Of a stretch of DNA of 26,458 nt, positions 15,953-26,049 are shown piece after piece. How positions within the stretch are numbered: the stretch's first letter is position 1; each line of letters starts with the position of its first letter. The stretch covers positions 1 to 26,458 of the forward strand of contig JACQQO010000011.1 of assembly GCA_016206955.1 (NCBI GenBank), written 5' to 3'. Both the position numbers and the translations under genes were made by a program. The notes beneath the pieces were generated by a model. That model worked only from the letters and a program-made list of their open reading frames with translations, was not told the origin of the DNA and did not search any database. The DNA is from Candidatus Omnitrophota bacterium. GTDB taxonomy: Bacteria; Omnitrophota; Omnitrophia; Omnitrophales; Danuiimicrobiaceae.

Positions 15953-17299
15953 TTAACGAGTGCGCGCTCTTAATTTTCCCTTCTTAATAAATCCTTCATA
16001 ATGGCGCATTAAAAGCTGCGACTCGATTTTTTTCATCGTATCCAAAATGACGCCGACAATAATCAAAAGACCGGTTCCGCCGAAGAAACTTGCAATCAAA
16101 AACGGAATATTCAAAATCCTCGGCGATTGAATAATGCTTGGAAACACGGCGATCAATGCCAGAAAAAGAGCGCCTGTAAACGCGATCCGCGTCATTAAAT
16201 AATCCAAATGCTCTGCCGTTGTCTTGCCTGGCCGAATGCCCGGAATAAATCCGCCGTATTTCTGAAGGTTATTCGCGACATCGATCGGATTAAACGTAAT
16301 CGCCGTATAAAAGAACGTGAAAAAAATGATCAAAAAAGCTTCCAAACTAATATAAAGCGCCGTTCCCGGTGTCAACCATGCTGAAATTTTTTGAACAAAT
16401 CCTTGTGATCTCACCAAGCCGGCGATCGTCGCCGGAAATAAAATTACGGACTGAGCAAAAATAATCGGAATCACTCCCGCCTGATTAATCTTAAGCGGCA
16501 GATAAGTGCTCTGCCCTCCATAAACCCGGTGCCCGCGAATTTGTTTGGCATACTGCACCGGAATTTTCCGCTGACCCTGAATGATCAAAATAACGCCGAT
16601 CACCGTAAATACAAAAAGCGCGAGCATCAATCCCAGTTTCCAGTAAGCAAGCTGTCCGAATCGGACTAACGAACTCGTTTGAATCAGCGCGGTCGGGATG
16701 CTTTCGATAATACCGGCTGTGATCAAAATCGACATTCCGTTGCCGATGCCATGCTCATCAATTTGTTCGCCGAGCCACATGATAAAGACGGTTCCCGTCG
16801 TCAAGGTCAGAATCGTCATCAAACGAAACGACCAGCCCGGATTCGGCACAATCACAGTGCCTTGAAAGGCGTTTGGATTTTCAAGCCACAGCGCGATAAA
16901 AAAAGTTTGGATCAAGGCAAGAATCAATGTCCCATAACGGGTATATTGGATTAAGGTTCTTCTTCCTTCTTCTCCTCCCTCTTTGGCCAGCTTCTCAAGT
17001 TGTGGAATCACCACCGTCAGCAATTGTAAAATAATCGAAGAAGAAATGTACGGCATAATCCCAAGCGCAAAAACAGTCGCTTTTTGAAGCGCGCCGCCTG
17101 AAAAGAGCGCCATCATTCCAAACAAATTTCCGCCTGCGCTGCCGGCAATCCTTTGGAAGAATTGGCTGAGCGCATTTCCGTCCACGCCGGGCGTCGGAAC
17201 ATGCGCCCCCAACCGGTAGATCGCTATGATAAAGAGCGTATAAAGAACTTTGCGTTTGAGTTCCGGGACTTTAAAAATATTCCCTAGTGCTCGCAGCAT
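15953..17299 (-). CDS. secY: Preprotein translocase subunit SecY
   Basis: ALGIMPYISSSII, WLGEQI..GIGNGMS, INQAGVIPIIFA, GGFIPGIRPG, GGTGLLIIVGV. Confidence 0.99.
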   Translation of the reverse strand: MLRALGNIFKVPELKRKVLYTLFIIAIYRLGAHVPTPGVDGNALSQFFQRIAGSAGGNLFGMMALFSGGALQKATVFALGIMPYISSSIILQLLTVVIPQLEKLAKEGGEEGRRTLIQYTRYGTLILALIQTFFIALWLENPNAFQGTVIVPNPGWSFRLMTILTLTTGTVFIMWLGEQIDEHGIGNGMSILITAGIIESIPTALIQTSSLVRFGQLAYWKLGLMLALFVFTVIGVILIIQGQRKIPVQYAKQIRGHRVYGGQSTYLPLKINQAGVIPIIFAQSVILFPATIAGLVRSQGFVQKISAWLTPGTALYISLEAFLIIFFTFFYTAITFNPIDVANNLQKYGGFIPGIRPGKTTAEHLDYLMTRIAFTGALFLALIAVFPSIIQSPRILNIPFLIASFFGGTGLLIIVGVILDTMKKIESQLLMRHYEGFIKKGKLRARTR

Positions 17300-17312
17300 T
17301 AGAATCGAATCA

Positions 17313-17753
17313 TCACTTATGTTCGATCAAAATGGCCTTGCCGCCTGCCTTTTCGATCGCTGTCTTGGCCGATCCGCTAAACCGGTGCGCCTGAACGGTC
17401 ATCTTTGCACTCAGTTTTCCGCGTCCCAATACCTTCAGTCCATCTCCCAAGCTTTTAAGGACTTTATTTTGAATCAACCAATCAGGAGAAATTTCAGAAA
17501 CTTTAAGTCGGTCCAGCTGATCCAAATTGAGGATCGCGTAAGACTTATGATTCGGCTGATTAAATCCACGCTTAGGAAATTTCTGATGAATCGGCGTTTG
17601 ACCTCCTTCAAAGGTAGGCCTCTGATGAAAACCGGATCTCGCCCGCTGGCCCTTGTGGCCCTTGGTCGAAGTCTTGCCATGACCTGAACCGACGCCGCGC
17701 CCGATACGCTTAGGCTTTTTTTGATAGGGTCTCTTAGCTCTCACTTTTCTCAT
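17313..17753 (-). CDS. rplO: 50S ribosomal protein L15, 146 aa
   Basis: [46 protein letters not shown]; start at ATG 17753 after GAAGGAAGGAA. Confidence 0.96.
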   Translation of the reverse strand: MRKVRAKRPYQKKPKRIGRGVGSGHGKTSTKGHKGQRARSGFHQRPTFEGGQTPIHQKFPKRGFNQPNHKSYAILNLDQLDRLKVSEISPDWLIQNKVLKSLGDGLKVLGRGKLSAKMTVQAHRFSGSAKTAIEKAGGKAILIEHK

Positions 17754-18282
17754 TTCCTTCCTTCTGAACAGCTGCTTCACGAACCGTCAACTTTTGAAGT
17801 CCTTCAAGAGTCGCTTTTAAAACATTAATAGCATTGTCACTGCCTAAACTTTTGGTCAAAATATCTTTGATTCCACAACATTCACAAACCGCACGGACAG
17901 CGCCCCCTGCGATCACGCCGGTTCCTTCTACTGCGGGCTTGAGAAGGACCTTGGCGGCACCGTACCGTCCGACAATCTCATGAGGAATGGTTGTGTTCTT
18001 TAATGGAATTGCAATTTGTTGCTTCCGGGCGACAGCAAGCGATTTGCGAATCGCATCCGAAACTTCACTTGCTTTCTCAAGTGCATAACCTACTTTTCCG
18101 GCGCCGTTACCGACGACAACGAGTGCGCTAAAATGAAACCGACGGCCTCCCTTTACCACTTTGGCGATTCGATTAATTTGAATTACCTTCTCCAGTTGGT
18201 TAGTTTCTAAAGTCACAAAAGCCGGCTGACTAAGATGTCTGCTTTCGGTTGTTTCTTTCGCTACCTGCTCTGAATCAATCAA
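17734..18282 (-). CDS. rpsE: 30S ribosomal protein S5
   Basis: [40 protein letters not shown]; TTG start with AAGGAG upstream. Confidence 0.98.
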   Translation of the reverse strand: MIDSEQVAKETTESRHLSQPAFVTLETNQLEKVIQINRIAKVVKGGRRFHFSALVVVGNGAGKVGYALEKASEVSDAIRKSLAVARKQQIAIPLKNTTIPHEIVGRYGAAKVLLKPAVEGTGVIAGGAVRAVCECCGIKDILTKSLGSDNAINVLKATLEGLQKLTVREAAVQKEGNEKSES

Positions 18283-18300
18283 CTTTCGTTACTCCTTTTC

Positions 18301-18666
18301 TTAAAATTGGATTCCGTTCTCCCGGAGGGCTTCGGCAAAAGCCCGAATCCGGCCGTGATAAGGATAACCACCTCGATCAAAAACAATTTGCGTTATTTTT
18401 TTCTTTTTAAGCTCATCTGCTAGATAAACGCCGAACTTCTTAGATCCTTCTACATTTCCGATTTGTTTTTTGCCTTTCCCCAAAGATGAGTGCAAAGTTG
18501 AGGAAGAAAGCAAAGTGCGTTCCTTTAAATCGTCAATCACTTGGGCAAATAAATTAAGATGAGACCGATGGACCGCGAGCCTCGGCCGTTCGGTAGTTCC
18601 CATCAACTTTCTACGAACCCGCAGGTGCCGCTTCTTTAATTTTTGTTCCCTGATCTCCGCCAACAT
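18301..18666 (-). CDS. rplR: 50S ribosomal protein L18
   Basis: RPRLAVHRS, AQVIDD, VFDRGGYPYHGRI. Confidence 0.98.
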   Translation of the reverse strand: MLAEIREQKLKKRHLRVRRKLMGTTERPRLAVHRSHLNLFAQVIDDLKERTLLSSSTLHSSLGKGKKQIGNVEGSKKFGVYLADELKKKKITQIVFDRGGYPYHGRIRAFAEALRENGIQF

Positions 18667-19202
18667 TAAGTTGCTGCCTTTCCGGCTTTCTTTCGAATTT
18701 GCTCGCCCGCGTAACGGATCCCCTTGCCTTTGTAGGGCTCGGGCTCAAAAAATTTTCTGATGTTCGCTGCCGCTTGTCCCACTTGAACCTTATCAACACC
18801 CTTCACTACAACAATCGTGGGTTTTGGCACTTCTACTTTGATCCCTTCCGGAATTTGAAAATCAATCGGATGAGAAAATCCCAAGGAAAGCTGCAATTTT
18901 TTTCCCTGAAGCTGCGCCTTAAATCCGACGCCTTCGATTTCAAGCGTTTTCGAAAACTCCTGTGTCACGCCGGTCACCATGTTTGCGATCAATGTACGCG
19001 TCAACCCATGGAGTGCTCTGTCCTGAGGAATATTTGTAGGACGACTTACAGCAATCTGATTGTCGGATACCGCTACTTTCATCCGAGGATGAACATTCAA
19101 ATCTAATTTTCCTTTCGGCCCCTCCACATGGATTTTAGCCCCTGCGATTTGAACCTTAACTCCCTGTGGAACTAAAATGGGTTTTCTTCCGATTCGAGAC
19201 AT
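18666..19202 (-). CDS. rplF: 50S ribosomal protein L6
   Basis: MSRIGRKPI, GPKG, GLTRTLIANMVTGV, LGFSHP, EPYKGKGIRY. Confidence 0.99.
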   Translation of the reverse strand: MSRIGRKPILVPQGVKVQIAGAKIHVEGPKGKLDLNVHPRMKVAVSDNQIAVSRPTNIPQDRALHGLTRTLIANMVTGVTQEFSKTLEIEGVGFKAQLQGKKLQLSLGFSHPIDFQIPEGIKVEVPKPTIVVVKGVDKVQVGQAAANIRKFFEPEPYKGKGIRYAGEQIRKKAGKAAT

Positions 19203-19208
19203 ATCAAA

Positions 19209-19610
19209 TCACCATACCTTGCAAAGCAACTCACCGCCGAGTTTTTGAGTCCTGGCTTCACGATCAGTTAAAATACCTTTTGACGTAGAAAGAATGGCAA
19301 CGCCAAGGCCTCCCAAAACCCGCGGAACTTCCTGGCAATTCACATATTGTCGAAGTCCCGGTTTTGAAATTCGAACCAGCGACTGAATGGCAGATTGTTT
19401 TCCTTTGCTATATTTCAGATGAATGCGGACAAATCGCTTCACGCCCTCTTCGCCTACTTTGAAATTTTCGATAAATCCTTCCCGCTTTAAAATTTCAGCA
19501 ATCTTAAGCGTCAATTTAGATGCCGGAATCGTAACGCTTTGCTTTCCGGTGCAGGAAGCATTTCGAATCTGTGTTAAAAAATCTGCTATTGGATCTGTGG
19601 GTGCTCCCAT
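19209..19610 (-). CDS. rpsH: 30S ribosomal protein S8
   Basis: TDPIADFLTQIRNA, ISKPGLRQY, GLGVAILSTSKG, GGELLCKVW. Confidence 0.99.
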   Translation of the reverse strand: MGAPTDPIADFLTQIRNASCTGKQSVTIPASKLTLKIAEILKREGFIENFKVGEEGVKRFVRIHLKYSKGKQSAIQSLVRISKPGLRQYVNCQEVPRVLGGLGVAILSTSKGILTDREARTQKLGGELLCKVW

Positions 19611-19611
19611 A

Positions 19612-19797
19612 TCACCAACTCGACTTCGTGACGCCCGGAATCACGCCTTGATTAGCCAGCTCCCGGAAACAAATTCTGCACAGTGCAAATTTACGAATAT
19701 AGCCCCTCGGCCGACCGCAGGCCCGGCATCGGTTGTAGCCTTGTACTTTAAATTTCGGTTTACGCTGCTGTTTTACAATTAATGAAGTCTTTGCCAT
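19612..19797 (-). CDS. rpsN: 30S ribosomal protein S14 (short Zn-binding type Z)
   Basis: [35 protein letters not shown], 61 aa. Confidence 0.98.
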   Translation of the reverse strand: MAKTSLIVKQQRKPKFKVQGYNRCRACGRPRGYIRKFALCRICFRELANQGVIPGVTKSSW

Positions 19798-19805
19798 TTT
19801 TGTCC

Positions 19806-20381
19806 TTACTTTCGAAACGGAAATCCCAAAAGCTCTAAAAGCCGTTTGGATTCATTCTGTTTTGAGGTTGTGAGAACAAAGGTAATATCCATCCCCTGAA
19901 GTTTTTTCATTTTGTCGTATTCAACCTCTGGAAAAATAATTTGCTCTTGAATTCCAAGGGAATAATTACCGCTTCTGTCAAAACTGGAAGTAGGAAACCC
20001 TCGAAAATCCCGAATCCGTGGCATTGCCACATTAAAAAGCCGGTCGATAAACTCATACATTCGCTGCCGTCTCAGCGTCACCTTTAGGCCAATGGATGCG
20101 CCTTGCCTGAGCTTGAACGCCGAAATTGATTTTTTTGCTTTTGTAACCACAGGTTTTTGGCCCGTAATTTGAGCTAATTCATGGCTGATGTGATCCAAAA
20201 TCTTGATGTCCTCGGCACCCTCTTTTACGCCCATATTCACCACTATTTTTTCAAGTCGCGGAACGGCGAGTGGATTCTCATAATGAAACTCCTTCATCAT
20301 GGCCGGAACGATGGTATTCCGGTAGAGTTCCAAAAGCCGCGGCGTCTTTGTTTTCACATTTTGAACTGCTTCTTTAACCAT
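19806..20381 (-). CDS. rplE: 50S ribosomal protein L5
   Basis: [45 protein letters not shown]. Confidence 0.99.
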   Translation of the reverse strand: MVKEAVQNVKTKTPRLLELYRNTIVPAMMKEFHYENPLAVPRLEKIVVNMGVKEGAEDIKILDHISHELAQITGQKPVVTKAKKSISAFKLRQGASIGLKVTLRRQRMYEFIDRLFNVAMPRIRDFRGFPTSSFDRSGNYSLGIQEQIIFPEVEYDKMKKLQGMDITFVLTTSKQNESKRLLELLGFPFRK

Positions 20382-20395
20382 TTATCTCATTCCTA

Positions 20396-20704
20396 TCAAA
20401 TGATTTCATTACACTTTTTGCATGTGCGTTGCTTGGTTCCATCCGCCAAAAATTGAAATGCCACACGGGTCGGTTTCGAACAGCGCGGACAAATGAGTTG
20501 AACATTCGAACGGTGAAGCTTCCCCTCCATTTGAGCAATTCCGCCTTTAGGGTTTTGCTGGCTCGGACGCGTGTAAACTTTGAGGAAATTGAGTGCTTCC
20601 ACAACCACACGGTTTTCTTGAGGAAGGACGCGAAGAATTTTTCCTTTCTTCCCGCGCTCCTTACCCGTCAACACCGTAACTAAATCTCCCTTCTTGAGTC
20701 CCAT
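20396..20704 (-). CDS. rplX: 50S ribosomal protein L24
   Basis: KKGDLVTVLTGKERGKKG (KOW), SNVQL, PTRV. Confidence 0.98.
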   Translation of the reverse strand: MGLKKGDLVTVLTGKERGKKGKILRVLPQENRVVVEALNFLKVYTRPSQQNPKGGIAQMEGKLHRSNVQLICPRCSKPTRVAFQFLADGTKQRTCKKCNEII

Positions 20705-20706
20705 GG

Positions 20707-21075
20707 TTAAACCACCTCTGGTGCCAAGGATACGATTTTCATAAAATTTAAGTCGCGAAGTTCCCGAGCCACAGGCCCAAAAATTCTGGTTCCACGCGGA
20801 TTCTGCTGATTATCAATAATCACAATGGCATTTGAATTAAAGCGCACAAGCGATCCATCCGGCCGCCGGATGGGTTTTCTCGTGCGAACCACAACCGCTT
20901 TTACCACTTCGCCTTCCTTGACAATCCCGTCCGGAATCGCTTCCTTCACGGAGCCGGTGATGATGTCCCCGATATTGGCGGTTCTTCGGCTTCTACGATT
21001 TAAAACGCCGATCATGGCCACTCGTTTGGCACCCGTGTTGTCTGCGATTTCCAAAATCGAACGCATTTGAATCAT
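20707..21075 (-). CDS. rplN: 50S ribosomal protein L14
   Basis: [39 protein letters not shown]. Confidence 0.99.
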   Translation of the reverse strand: MIQMRSILEIADNTGAKRVAMIGVLNRRSRRTANIGDIITGSVKEAIPDGIVKEGEVVKAVVVRTRKPIRRPDGSLVRFNSNAIVIIDNQQNPRGTRIFGPVARELRDLNFMKIVSLAPEVV

Positions 21076-21099
21076 GATTCAATTCCACTTTCAATGTTC

Positions 21100-21345
21100 T
21101 TAAGATATAACTTCGATTAAGCGCCAGCGCTTCGTTTTCGAAAGCGGCTGTGTTTCCTGAATTCGTACTTTGTTTCCAACTTTGGCCTCTTTCTTCTCAT
21201 CATGGACTATATATTTCTTGCGAACCCGCATCACCTTGTGATAAATCGGATGCTTGACCAGACGCGTCACTTCAACAACCGCGGTTTTTTCCATTTTGCT
21301 GCTTAAAACCATTCCCACTCGTTCTTTGCGATGACGCTCAGCCAT
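21100..21345 (-). CDS. rpsQ: 30S ribosomal protein S17
   Basis: [33 protein letters not shown]. Confidence 0.98.
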   Translation of the reverse strand: MAERHRKERVGMVLSSKMEKTAVVEVTRLVKHPIYHKVMRVRKKYIVHDEKKEAKVGNKVRIQETQPLSKTKRWRLIEVIS

Positions 21346-21547
21346 TTTTCTGAAGTTCCATCTCTCTTTTAACAGTTAAAATTTTGGCCAAATCGCGTCT
21401 CGTTTGATTGAGCTTCATTAAATTATCGAGTTTGGCAAGTTTCGCCTGAAAACGAAGCTGGAAAAGTTCCTTCCGAAGAGCTTCAGCTTTATCGCTCAAT
21501 TCATCAGTCGAAAGAGACCTTAAATCCTTTGCTTTTAAAGTTGCCAT
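21338..21547 (-). CDS. rpmC: 50S ribosomal protein L29
   Basis: [26 protein letters not shown]; between rplP and rpsQ. Confidence 0.96.
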   Translation of the reverse strand: MATLKAKDLRSLSTDELSDKAEALRKELFQLRFQAKLAKLDNLMKLNQTRRDLAKILTVKREMELQKNG

Positions 21548-21964
21548 TTAAACCCCCACTCGCTTCACAAACTTGGTTGGAAACGGAAGTTTGTGTGCGC
21601 ACAAGCGAAGAGCCGAACGCGCGAGTGATTCGGGTATGCCGCCCATTTCAAAAAGGATACGCCCCGGTTTGATCACCGCCACATAATATTCAGGTGCCCC
21701 TTTTCCTTTTCCCATCCGCGTTTCAGCCGGTTTTTTGGTGTAGGATTTATCCGGAAAAACCCGAAGCCATACCTTGCCGCCCCTTTTCACATGGCGCGTG
21801 AGTGCCACGCGGGCAGCTTCGAGCTGAATCGCCGTAAGCCATCCGTGCCCGATCGCTTTCAGGCCGAAATTGCCAAAATGAACTTGATTTCCGCCCGATG
21901 CGACTCCGCGCATTTTGCCTCGGTGCTGCTTCCTAAATTTAACCCGCTTGGGCATGAGTGGCAT
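21548..21964 (-). CDS. rplP: 50S ribosomal protein L16
   Basis: [36 protein letters not shown]. Confidence 0.99.
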   Translation of the reverse strand: MPLMPKRVKFRKQHRGKMRGVASGGNQVHFGNFGLKAIGHGWLTAIQLEAARVALTRHVKRGGKVWLRVFPDKSYTKKPAETRMGKGKGAPEYYVAVIKPGRILFEMGGIPESLARSALRLCAHKLPFPTKFVKRVGV

Positions 21965-21976
21965 AACTTAATTCTT

Positions 21977-22738
21977 CTACTCTGCAAGATCTTCCCGCGC
22001 ATCAGAATCAACGGCTTGGGTAACCCCAACTTCTTTAACTGCGACTTCTTTCTCCTGTTTGACGACTGGAAATCTAGCCTTTACCTGTTCTTTCCGCCGG
22101 GCTTCTTCTTTTTTGACTAAAACTTCACCATGATAAATCCAAACCTTCACTCCAATTGTCCCATAAGTGGTGAACGCTTCCGCGAATCCATAAGTTACGT
22201 CGGCGCGGAAGGTATTTAAAGGAACCTTGCCTTCTTTATAACCCTCCGCACGGGCAATTTCGGAACCGCCAAGGCGCCCTTTGCATTGAATCTTGATTCC
22301 CAACGCGCCTTTTGTCATCGAACTCGCGACTGCTTTTTTCATCGCTTTCCGGAAGGCAACACGTTTTTCCATTTGAAGGGCCACATTCTCGGCTACCAGC
22401 TGAGCGTTGGTCTGTGGAACTTCGACTTCCTTAATATCCACGAACACTTCGCTCTTCGTTAAATCAGCCACTTCATCCCGAATTCGGTTAATTTCTTGAC
22501 CGCCTCGGCCAATAATGAGGCCTGGACGTGCCGTATAAATCCAAATGCGCAATTTTCCGGTAGAACGCTCGATCGTTATATCGGCGACCCCCGCCATCCT
22601 CAACTTTTCCTTGAGGTATTTGCGAACTTTTAAATCTTCGTGCAGCAAACGGCTGTAGTCTTTTCGAGCAAACCATTTTGCCTTCCAATCCTTGATGTAA
22701 CCTAGTCTTAATCCGTAGGGATGTGCTTTTTGTCCCAC
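21977..22738 (-). CDS. rpsC: 30S ribosomal protein S3 with C-terminal extension
   Basis: MGQKAHPYGLRLG, TARPGLIIGRGG, GRLGGSEIAR, GKVPLNTFRADV, YGTIGVKVWI; GTG start. Confidence 0.99.
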   Translation of the reverse strand: MGQKAHPYGLRLGYIKDWKAKWFARKDYSRLLHEDLKVRKYLKEKLRMAGVADITIERSTGKLRIWIYTARPGLIIGRGGQEINRIRDEVADLTKSEVFVDIKEVEVPQTNAQLVAENVALQMEKRVAFRKAMKKAVASSMTKGALGIKIQCKGRLGGSEIARAEGYKEGKVPLNTFRADVTYGFAEAFTTYGTIGVKVWIYHGEVLVKKEEARRKEQVKARFPVVKQEKEVAVKEVGVTQAVDSDAREDLAE

Positions 22739-22746
22739 AATTGCTC

Positions 22747-23181
22747 CTATTTAGCTGCTCCGGCCATTGCTTTTTTCTTTTCTTTTTTGAATAATTTGAA
22801 GCCTTTTGCTTTTTCTTCCTTAGGCTCTGCAATCGATTTAGATACAGCTATTTCACGCTCACCCAAAACCACGGTCAAATGAGCCATCCGCTTTAAAATA
22901 ACGTCCGCACGCCCCATGGAACGCGACATGTAACGTTTTAAACTGGGCCCTGCATCCGCTTTGATTTCGCGGACATACAGCCGGCTTTCATCCATTTTTT
23001 TCACTTTCGCATTCGCGTGTGCACTTTTCAAAGTTTTTGCCACTAGTCGCGCGCCTTTCTTTTTCAAATTTTCTAAAATTGACAAAGCATCGGAAACCGG
23101 CTTCCTGCGAATCGTATCGATCACGAGCCGCAATTTTCTAGGCGAAATTCTTAGATATCTGGTAATTGCTTTGGCTTCCAT
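22747..23181 (-). CDS. rplV: 50S ribosomal protein L22 with C-terminal extension
   Basis: RISPRKLRLVID, LKSAHANA, GPSLKR..R.MGRA..ILKR..H. Confidence 0.98.
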   Translation of the reverse strand: MEAKAITRYLRISPRKLRLVIDTIRRKPVSDALSILENLKKKGARLVAKTLKSAHANAKVKKMDESRLYVREIKADAGPSLKRYMSRSMGRADVILKRMAHLTVVLGEREIAVSKSIAEPKEEKAKGFKLFKKEKKKAMAGAAK

Positions 23182-23186
23182 GAGGA

Positions 23187-23486
23187 TTAAGTTTTGGCTC
23201 CCGCAGCCATTGCCTTTGCTTTATCCTGTGCTGTACTGTGTTTTTTGAAAATGCGAGTCGGTGAAAATTCTCCCAATTTATGGCCGACCATATTTTCCGT
23301 TACAAAAACGTTATGGAAGGTTTTCCCATTATGTACCGCAAGCGTGATCCCCACAAAATCGGGCGTGATCGTGGAACGCCGTGACCAAGTTTTGATCGGT
23401 TTTCTATCTCTGGCTTTTTGAGCAAGCTGCACTTTGATTAAAAGATTTTCATCAACAAAAGCACCTTTTTGAGAGGAACGGGCCAC
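23187..23486 (-). CDS. rpsS: 30S ribosomal protein S19
   Basis: [31 protein letters not shown]. Confidence 0.99.
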   Translation of the reverse strand: MARSSQKGAFVDENLLIKVQLAQKARDRKPIKTWSRRSTITPDFVGITLAVHNGKTFHNVFVTENMVGHKLGEFSPTRIFKKHSTAQDKAKAMAAGAKT

Positions 23487-23487
23487 T

Positions 23488-24315
23488 TTAGAGTCTCCTG
23501 TCCTTCACAATATAACGGTTCGTACTTTTATTGCGCTTTCGCGTTTTCAAGCCCTTCGCCAACTGGCCCCAAGCGCTTACCGGATGACGGCCGCCGGACG
23601 ATTTTCCCTCACCACCGCCTAGCGGATGGTCCACTGGGTTCATAGCGACTCCCCGAGTCGTAGGTCTAATCCCAAGCCATCTTTTACGGCCAGCCTTGCC
23701 ATAGGAAATATTTTCATGATCGATATTGGAACATTGGCCTACCGTTGCGTAAGCATTAAGCTTTACCATGCGAACTTCCCCAGAAGGAAGTTTTAAATGG
23801 GCGAATTCATTTTCCTTGGACATGATTCTGGCCAAACCACCCGCAGAGCGTACCAACTTCCCGCCCCGGCCCGGTTCTAATTCAATATTGTGAATCGGAG
23901 TCCCTTCAGGAATATTTCTTAAAGGCAAATGATTTCCAACTTTTACCTCGGCATTGACGCCGCTGGATACTTTCTGACCCACTGTCAAACCATCAGGGGC
24001 AAGGATATACGCTTTTTCTCCATCTGAATATTCTACCAACGCGATACGACTTGTCCGATTCGGATCGTACTCAATCGTTCTGACTGTGGCGTCTACGCCG
24101 TGCTTCAAGCGCTTAAAATCCACAAGCCTCAGGCGCCGCTTATGGCCTCCTCCTTTATGATAAGTTGTGATATGACCATAAAGATTTCGCCCACCTGTGC
24201 GTTTCTTAATTTCCGTCAGTGGCCGATAAGGCTTTGCAGCGGTAATCTCCGAAAAATCGTAACCGCTTCCGAAGCGGCGCGTTGGAGTAGTTGGTTTAAA
24301 CTTAATCAGTGGCAT
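23488..24315 (-). CDS. rplB: 50S ribosomal protein L2
   Basis: [34 protein letters not shown]. Confidence 0.99.
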   Translation of the reverse strand: MPLIKFKPTTPTRRFGSGYDFSEITAAKPYRPLTEIKKRTGGRNLYGHITTYHKGGGHKRRLRLVDFKRLKHGVDATVRTIEYDPNRTSRIALVEYSDGEKAYILAPDGLTVGQKVSSGVNAEVKVGNHLPLRNIPEGTPIHNIELEPGRGGKLVRSAGGLARIMSKENEFAHLKLPSGEVRMVKLNAYATVGQCSNIDHENISYGKAGRKRWLGIRPTTRGVAMNPVDHPLGGGEGKSSGGRHPVSAWGQLAKGLKTRKRNKSTNRYIVKDRRL

Positions 24316-24326
24316 CGTTTGTCACC

Positions 24327-24605
24327 TTATGCAAATTCAATTTTCTGGCCTTCTTTTAACGTCACGACGGCTTTTTTCCAATCGGGCGTTTGGCCGGGCT
24401 GGAAACGAACTCGTTTCCACTTACCGCCGATCACCATGGTATTGACTTTTTTTACTTTGACATTAAACAGCCTTTCTACCGCTTCGCGAATTTCATGTTT
24501 TTTCGCATCTCGGCGCACCCGAAAAAAATACTTATGTTTTTTTTCTTGATTCGTACCTTTTTCGGTAATGATCGGTTCGCGAATGATGTCGTATACGGTT
24601 GTCAT
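24327..24605 (-). CDS. rplW: 50S ribosomal protein L23
   Basis: PIITEKG, KHEIREAVERLFNVKVKKVNT, WKKAVVTL. Confidence 0.98.
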   Translation of the reverse strand: MTTVYDIIREPIITEKGTNQEKKHKYFFRVRRDAKKHEIREAVERLFNVKVKKVNTMVIGGKWKRVRFQPGQTPDWKKAVVTLKEGQKIEFA

Positions 24606-25273
24606 TTCGTTGCCTTTGCTTCAGCTTTGCCCAAAGCCCGTTCCTCGATAGCAGGAAGCGCCTTGTTTTCAATCAGAACTTTCTTTCGGCGGTGAATATG
24701 GTAAGCATTCACATCCCGCGCAAGCCGGACAGAAAAAAGCTCTTTTAAGTTGCTGGAAGCGCGTTTCAAATTTTCATTGATCTCGTTCACAATAAAAAGT
24801 GTCCTGGAATCTTGAAGGCCGAGCGCATCGATCACGGCTATCAATTCTTTTGTTTTCGGCTGATTTAAATTCGAGTCTTCCAAAAGCAAAAGATTATCCT
24901 CTCTCCGTTTAAGGCTCAGCGCCGAAATCAAGGCGGTCCGCTTCATTCCATCCGGCAAATGGGTATCATAATCCCGAGGATGCGGACCAAACGTAGTGCC
25001 GCCGCCTCGCCAAAGAGGTGAACGCCGCGAGGAATGACGGGCTCGGCCGGTTCCTTTTTGCTTCCATGGTTTTTTGCCGCCGCCGCGAACTTCCGCGCGT
25101 TCTTTCGTATCATGAGTTCCGCGCCGCTGATTTCCGCCGTAGGCCTTCAAAACCAGTTCCAACAAACGGTGATTAATCGGAGCGCCAAAAACAGCTTCAT
25201 TGAGCTCAAGCTCTCCCGCTTTTTTTCCGTCGCTTTTGTAAACAATTGCTTTCGCCATTTTCTTGACCATCAT
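24602..25273 (-). CDS. rplD: 50S ribosomal protein L4
   Basis: RRGTHDTK.RAEVRGGGKKPWKQKGTGRAR, SPLWRGGG..FGP.PR; ATGA overlap with the rplC stop. Confidence 0.98.
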   Translation of the reverse strand: MMVKKMAKAIVYKSDGKKAGELELNEAVFGAPINHRLLELVLKAYGGNQRRGTHDTKERAEVRGGGKKPWKQKGTGRARHSSRRSPLWRGGGTTFGPHPRDYDTHLPDGMKRTALISALSLKRREDNLLLLEDSNLNQPKTKELIAVIDALGLQDSRTLFIVNEINENLKRASSNLKELFSVRLARDVNAYHIHRRKKVLIENKALPAIEERALGKAEAKATK

Positions 25274-26040
25274 TTTTTCTTTGCCGGCGGAGCCGCTGGC
25301 TTTTTCTTTGCCGCTGCTTCGGCTGCTTTCTTGGCTTTCGCGACCGGAACTTTCTTCTCGGGAAGTTTCAATTCTTCAAGAGGTTCTCCCGGAAATTTCC
25401 ATTTTCGGGGACGAGGCTTCTTAATGGCTTCGCAAATAATCACATAACCATTTTCAGAACCTGGTACAGCGCCTTGGACAGCCATCAAATGATTTTCAAC
25501 GTCAATTTTCTCAACCCGCAAATTTTGGACGGTAAACCGCTCGTTGCCCATTTGGCCCGGCATCCTCATTCCTTTCACCACCCGAGATGGAAAAGAAGAA
25601 GCACCGATGGAACCTGCCACACGTCCAAACATGGAACCATGTCCGCGCTCCCCACCTGTGAAATTGTGCTTTTTCACCACTCCTTGGAATCCTTTTCCAA
25701 TGGAAGTTCCAATCACATCCACGTAATCCCCTACTGAAAAATTGTTCACATCAAGTTCTTTACCGGGTTCAAGCCCTTCCAAATTTTCAGTTCGAATTTC
25801 GCGCACAAATCGTTTTGGTGCGGCTTGAACCTTCTTAAAATGGCCCAGCTCAGCCCGATTCGATCGGGATTCTTTTTTGCTATCAAATCCCAATTGAATT
25901 GCTTGATAACCGTCTGTTTCTTTTTTCTTCAGTTGCAAAATCGAACACGGGCCGGCTTCCAAAACCGTGACCGGCAAACGTTTGCCGTCTCGATCAAAAA
26001 TTTGTGTCATTCCAACTTTTTTGCCTAAAAGTCCGATCAT
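25270..26040 (-). CDS. rplC: 50S ribosomal protein L3 with C-terminal extension
   Basis: [42 protein letters not shown]. Confidence 0.99.
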   Translation of the reverse strand: MIGLLGKKVGMTQIFDRDGKRLPVTVLEAGPCSILQLKKKETDGYQAIQLGFDSKKESRSNRAELGHFKKVQAAPKRFVREIRTENLEGLEPGKELDVNNFSVGDYVDVIGTSIGKGFQGVVKKHNFTGGERGHGSMFGRVAGSIGASSFPSRVVKGMRMPGQMGNERFTVQNLRVEKIDVENHLMAVQGAVPGSENGYVIICEAIKKPRPRKWKFPGEPLEELKLPEKKVPVAKAKKAAEAAAKKKPAAPPAKKK

Positions 26041-26049
26041 ATTTAATCC

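Noticed and set aside
22880-25100. L22 (MSRSMGR) and L4 (ARHSS) loop variants as macrolide-resistance determinants
   Set aside because: The substitutions are modest and may be ordinary lineage variation; the core L4 QKGTGRAR is intact, so no supportable claim.
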